Shown one piece after another: positions 40,566 through 44,326 of a DNA stretch of 44,326 nucleotides. The translations under genes and the position numbers were made by a program. The stretch comes from a virus. The stretch lies in IMG/VR virus record IMGVR_UViG_3300027852_000014, positions 1 through 44,326 of that record. One strand, 5' to 3'. Position 1 is the first letter of the stretch, and every line of letters starts with the position of its first letter. The notes under the pieces were generated by a model. It searched no databases. It was not told the DNA's origin and saw nothing but the letters and a program-made list of their open reading frames with translations.

Positions 40566-41087
40566 ATGACTGACTTCACAACATTTTGGCAGTACAATGA
40601 GCTGTCTGATTTAAATGGATTTAATGAGGACTTAAAGCCTTATATAAGAAACTTCTTTCTAGTGGATATAACTGACTACGAAACGGTGAATGGTTATTCT
40701 TTAGACTTGATTGGAAAGTTAATGGGAGCTGCTCGTCGGCCTATTTTGATTAAATACAACAACGCCGTATGGAACCAGTTCGACTGGAATCAAGATGACT
40801 GGAATACGTCTGCTTTAACATACGCTGACTTTAATCCAATGAGCGACACTAATTATCGCAAGGTGCTTAGAATGTTTTCTTTCTTTGCTGTTCGACCAAG
40901 AACATTGAATAACTTGCTTGAAATACTAGGGGAGATATTGCCTGGGCTCGTTTATACATATAGTGTAATTGAAAATCAAGTAACAATTGAGTATACTTTA
41001 AGTAGTGTAAATCTAGAGGAACGCAAAATCCTAACGTACATACCAACGCCTCAAGGCACAGAAATAGATTTAAAGGTGATATTATAA
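40566..41087 (+). CDS. Baseplate/tail-fibre adaptor (gpI / XkdU-like position)
   Basis: 173 aa with SD GGAGG. Confidence 0.55.
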   Translation: MTDFTTFWQYNELSDLNGFNEDLKPYIRNFFLVDITDYETVNGYSLDLIGKLMGAARRPILIKYNNAVWNQFDWNQDDWNTSALTYADFNPMSDTNYRKVLRMFSFFAVRPRTLNNLLEILGEILPGLVYTYSVIENQVTIEYTLSSVNLEERKILTYIPTPQGTEIDLKVIL

Positions 41088-41088
41088 T

Positions 41089-42870
41089 ATGCAGGATAAA
41101 GATACAAGTTTTTTATTCGCTCAAAGCGGACAGGTAAATAATTTAACTCAAATCGAGCAGGAAGCTGGATATGTTCCAAACACACCAGCTAATGCTGACG
41201 ATGTGAATTTCAAGATGCAGGATCTCGATCGGTTGATGAATTCAATGTGGAATGAATGGAAGACTGCATTCGCAGCAGCTGGCATTTCTTTTGATGAATT
41301 TCAAAACGACCAAATTCTGCAAACAATTATCAATGTTACTCAGGGACAAGAAGTATTCAGCAAAGGATATATCGACGGCGGAGTTCCGTCATGGGTAAAT
41401 GGTCAAGAGATATCATACACAGCAATGAAAGCGCGTAGTGATGATGATGCGGCCAATATATCTGGTCCAGTGTTTAACAAAACAACTCAATCACCATTCA
41501 CCATTGGAAGTGGGAACGGAGGACTAATTAAAGCGGGTGTTGATCAGTCATGGCGGATAGAAGCAAGTGATTATCTACAAGCTCTTAATGTAAGTGTGGA
41601 GGATAATTCTCCTGAGGGGATCTTCTTTAACCCAAATGGGTTCGGAATGTATACTGTTGGGGATCAAAACAATAATGTTTACCAATACACTCTATCGACA
41701 GCGTGGGACATTAGCACAGCTGTTTTTGTGCAGGCTTTCTCTGTAGCGGCGCAGGGGACAGCTCCATTTGACATTACTCTCAAGCCAGATGGCACAGAAA
41801 TGTATATTATTAATGATGGCGGGAATGATTTAGATCAATATACACTAGGTGTAGCATGGGATATTTCATCAGCTGTATCTGTAGCTACTTTTGATCTAGG
41901 GGCGCAGGAAGCTGACTGCAGAGGGATAGATATTTCTCCAGATGGGACAAAGTTATATACAGCAGGCGATGCTGGGAATGGGATAGACGAATGGGACTTC
42001 GGCGTCGCATGGGACGTTACCACGCTTGTCCATAATCAGTTCAAAGGGACGCCAGAAGACACCGCTCCAACAAGCTGTCGCGTGAAGCCTGATGGGACAG
42101 CTATATTTATGCTTGGGAACCAGACAGATAGAGTTTACAAATATTTAATGAGCACTCCTTGGGATATTTCTACAATGACAATAGATCAAAGTTTCCAGGT
42201 GGCCGCTCAAGATGCTGTCATGAATGGATTGTACATCAGAGATGATGGACTGGATTGGTATACTGTTGGTGACGCAAATGATAGCGCTTATCAGTATACA
42301 ATGGATACAATTAATAACCTATCTCTATTCCCATTCGGAATATTTAATACAACGACACTTGCTTATGATGTAGCATATGATGCGGATGTTAACGGTGGGA
42401 ATATCTTTGCAGACGCAGGAGTCATCTCTGGTGGATTTAATGCAAAACGTCGTATTGGAGCGTTTATAACAAATGGCGCAGGAATGATTGATAATTTCAT
42501 ATCAGTTGAAAAGTCTGGTGGTGGCGTAAAGGTGTCGTATTCAGCACGAAAGACAGAAGCTTCTGGAGCTCTCACTATTGCATGGGGATTATTTAACTTA
42601 AACGTTCCATCTATTTATGATGGTATGGAAGTTATTCTATCAACAGCTGTAAATGGTAGCGACGCTGCAACAGGAGTTATCTCTTTAGCAGATTACCACA
42701 TGAATGAAGTAGATGCGAACGATTATCAGGGACAAAACAACAGACCAGTTGAGTCAAAAGTGTGCTACCTGGTTAACGCTCTTGGACAGATTAAATTTAG
42801 AGGCCAGTCTCTCGGTGGAGGAACAGCAACTCTATACACTAACGGATATACAGACGAAAGGAAAATATAA
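41089..42870 (+). CDS. Tail fibre / receptor-binding protein with five ~50-aa propeller-like repeats
   Basis: 593 aa. Repeats PDGT.(M/L)Y..GD......(Y/W).(Y/F)...(A/P)WD(I/V)(S/T) span aa 172-406. Confidence 0.75.
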   Translation: MQDKDTSFLFAQSGQVNNLTQIEQEAGYVPNTPANADDVNFKMQDLDRLMNSMWNEWKTAFAAAGISFDEFQNDQILQTIINVTQGQEVFSKGYIDGGVPSWVNGQEISYTAMKARSDDDAANISGPVFNKTTQSPFTIGSGNGGLIKAGVDQSWRIEASDYLQALNVSVEDNSPEGIFFNPNGFGMYTVGDQNNNVYQYTLSTAWDISTAVFVQAFSVAAQGTAPFDITLKPDGTEMYIINDGGNDLDQYTLGVAWDISSAVSVATFDLGAQEADCRGIDISPDGTKLYTAGDAGNGIDEWDFGVAWDVTTLVHNQFKGTPEDTAPTSCRVKPDGTAIFMLGNQTDRVYKYLMSTPWDISTMTIDQSFQVAAQDAVMNGLYIRDDGLDWYTVGDANDSAYQYTMDTINNLSLFPFGIFNTTTLAYDVAYDADVNGGNIFADAGVISGGFNAKRRIGAFITNGAGMIDNFISVEKSGGGVKVSYSARKTEASGALTIAWGLFNLNVPSIYDGMEVILSTAVNGSDAATGVISLADYHMNEVDANDYQGQNNRPVESKVCYLVNALGQIKFRGQSLGGGTATLYTNGYTDERKI

Positions 42871-43361
42871 TGACTAAATATTCACCAGCAGAACTACAAA
42901 CAAAAATTGACGCTAATTACTATGCAGAAAAGCCTGAAGATTTTATTCAGGACTGCAAAGATACATACGACGTCACAGAAAATGAGTACTCAGAGCTTGC
43001 TATGGGGCAATCATTCAACGAAAATAATGTTTCAACAATTTACAACTACAACAATATCCTTGTTTCTTTTATAGAAAAAGTAGACATTATGGTTAAATCA
43101 ATCGCTTCAATTGTAAATATTAGTAGCGTTGATGATATGATTGAGTTCCCAACTGGCACACAGCTGTTTGAAACAGGAAATAAGATTGTATTTGAAAATT
43201 CAGTTGTATTTGAGCCTAATTGCACATTCTTTATCCGCAATAATGGCGGGCAAAAATACTTAGTGTATGCAACAAAGCAAGATGCTATTGATAATACAAA
43301 CAATCTTACATTGAGTACAGAAATTAATATCACAGTAAAAGTGGAGGTGCAAGGTGAATAA
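42870..43361 (+). CDS. Tail-fibre-associated protein (possible chaperone)
   Basis: 163 aa with an ATGA-style overlap, between two fibre genes. Confidence 0.55.
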   Translation: MTKYSPAELQTKIDANYYAEKPEDFIQDCKDTYDVTENEYSELAMGQSFNENNVSTIYNYNNILVSFIEKVDIMVKSIASIVNISSVDDMIEFPTGTQLFETGNKIVFENSVVFEPNCTFFIRNNGGQKYLVYATKQDAIDNTNNLTLSTEINITVKVEVQGE

Positions 43362-43608
43362 AATAAGCGTAACGAATACATGGACAGAAATAGTTCCTGA
43401 CAGTACAGTACTGACAATTCAGAATGTCGGAAATAACCATATGAGAGTATACGTAGATCGTGCTGCTACTGGTGCTCCAGTAGATCCTGATTCAGGGTAC
43501 TTTATCACATCTATTACACAGAGTAATACGGACAGTAACTTAACGTTAGATGATATTACTGATCCAGTTTTTGTGTATTCAAGAAATGGTACAACAGCTG
43601 TATATTAA
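43354..43608 (+). CDS. Hypothetical tail-module protein
   Basis: 84 aa with a GTG start after GGAGGTG. Confidence 0.55.
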   Translation: MNKISVTNTWTEIVPDSTVLTIQNVGNNHMRVYVDRAATGAPVDPDSGYFITSITQSNTDSNLTLDDITDPVFVYSRNGTTAVY

Positions 43609-43630
43609 TATTATAATAAAGGGGAACTAA

Positions 43631-44326
43631 ATGACAAATGTATTTATTGGTGGGCTCGGGAAAGGGTCAGGATCAGGCGGAGGCGGCTCTACAGGAGCAG
43701 GAGCCTTAAAGGTAACCGTAGCAACAATCGATAACGTTGATCTTGCTCTAGACCTAGAAGCGGGTAAGGTATTAAATGGCGTTACATTGACTGAAGGGAT
43801 GACTGTCCTTGCTAAGGATCAAGACACAGCTTCTGAAAACGGAGTGTATACAGCACCAGCATCTGGCGCTGCATCGCGATCATCTTTAGCAGATACTGCT
43901 GAGAAGTTAAGTGCATTGACGACTGTTGTTTTAACAGGGGATGAAGGGCAAGAGCAGTATTATTATACTGAACCAGAAATAACAACAATTGGTGTTGATG
44001 ACGTATTTATTAAACGATTAGACTATATCGACACTCCGCAGATGACTGGGATTATTGATGACATCAATACTGCAGCTGCGAAGTTTAATTATATTGATGT
44101 TCAGCTTAATGCAAACCAAACTGAAAACGATGTGTTCACAAAGAATGATCCAAACAATCGTGTAGATGATTTCAATCTAATCACAGGATGGGACAAGACT
44201 ACTTATCCTACGTTGTATTGTAAATTTATTAACAGTGATAGAATCACAGTTAGTTACTCTGCTTCAGATAGAACAGCAACAAGTTCTTTGAACGGAAATG
44301 GCGCGGCTTCTATTATCCATCATCAA
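43631..44326 (+). CDS. Tail fibre protein, N-terminal part (continues through the junction into 1..1978)
   Basis: ATG 43631 after SD AAAGGGGA. No stop before the window end. Not in the ORF track because it lacks a stop. N-terminus GGLGKGSGSGGGGSTGAGA. Confidence 0.85.
   Translation, partial: MTNVFIGGLGKGSGSGGGGSTGAGALKVTVATIDNVDLALDLEAGKVLNGVTLTEGMTVLAKDQDTASENGVYTAPASGAASRSSLADTAEKLSALTTVVLTGDEGQEQYYYTEPEITTIGVDDVFIKRLDYIDTPQMTGIIDDINTAAAKFNYIDVQLNANQTENDVFTKNDPNNRVDDFNLITGWDKTTYPTLYCKFINSDRITVSYSASDRTATSSLNGNGAASIIHHQ
44200..44326. repeat. Terminal direct repeat copy 2 (identical to 1..127)
   Basis: Verbatim repeat of the first 127 nt. Confidence 0.95.

Noticed and set aside
41595-41602. 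An iteron-like TGTGGAGG(AT) inside the tail-fibre CDS
   Set aside because: It is a single isolated copy in coding sequence. An 8-10 nt match is expected by chance at roughly this frequency in 88 kb of two-strand sequence.
41089-42870. A diversity-generating retroelement targeting the repetitive fibre
   Set aside because: There is no reverse transcriptase gene and no template/variable nucleotide repeat pair anywhere in the genome. The repeats are diverged protein-level repeats.

Overview
The window is a complete, circularly closed genome of a tailed dsDNA phage with a contractile tail. Bases 1-127 are identical to 44200-44326, so the unique length is 44,199 bp. One tail-fibre gene (43631 -> junction -> 1978) is split by the linearisation point.

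The genome has two divergent arms that start at an iteron-rich intergenic region (23151-23690).
(a) The minus-strand early arm runs 23150 -> 5445. It encodes a Toprim primase/SF3-helicase fusion, a wHTH protein, a Cas4-like PD-(D/E)XK nuclease, a protein with only sigma region 4 plus an XRE-type HTH, a Sak4-like ATPase, a DUF669-like SSB with a DDSIPF tail, an SF2 helicase, VRR-NUC, a lipoprotein-signal thermonuclease, two YopX paralogues, an XRE HTH and an HNH. It also carries a dense run of very small ORFs, about 17 of which fall below the 60-aa cut-off of the supplied track.
(b) The plus-strand late arm runs 23691 -> 44326/1 -> 5429. It encodes terminase, portal, a Mu-F-like protein, scaffold, capsid, sheath, tube, a G/GT frameshift chaperone, tape measure, a Mu/PBSX-like baseplate and fibres. 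These are followed by an accessory island (glycosyltransferase-like protein plus an unknown protein) and a lysis cassette (GH108 endolysin, holin-like protein, Cys-rich lipoprotein). The two arms converge on a bidirectional terminator at 5417-5444.

I found no integrase, tRNA, CRISPR array or reverse transcriptase.

The most notable non-coding signals are:
- two related GC-rich structured-RNA candidates (3711-3868 plus strand; 10998-11119 minus strand) that share ordered sequence boxes;
- an array of about 13 TGTGGAGG/CCTCCACA iterons with an AT-rich core, a putative origin;
- two families of near-consensus sigma70-type promoters with conserved -35 flanks (TTGACATGC and CTTGACAAG);
- promoter-terminator mini-units between the endolysin and holin genes.

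All family names come from motif recognition by eye. No searches, folding programs or statistics were run, and the host is unknown. Strong Shine-Dalgarno sites, TTGACA/TATAAT promoters and a GH108 lysin with lipoproteins point to an AT-rich bacterium, possibly diderm.
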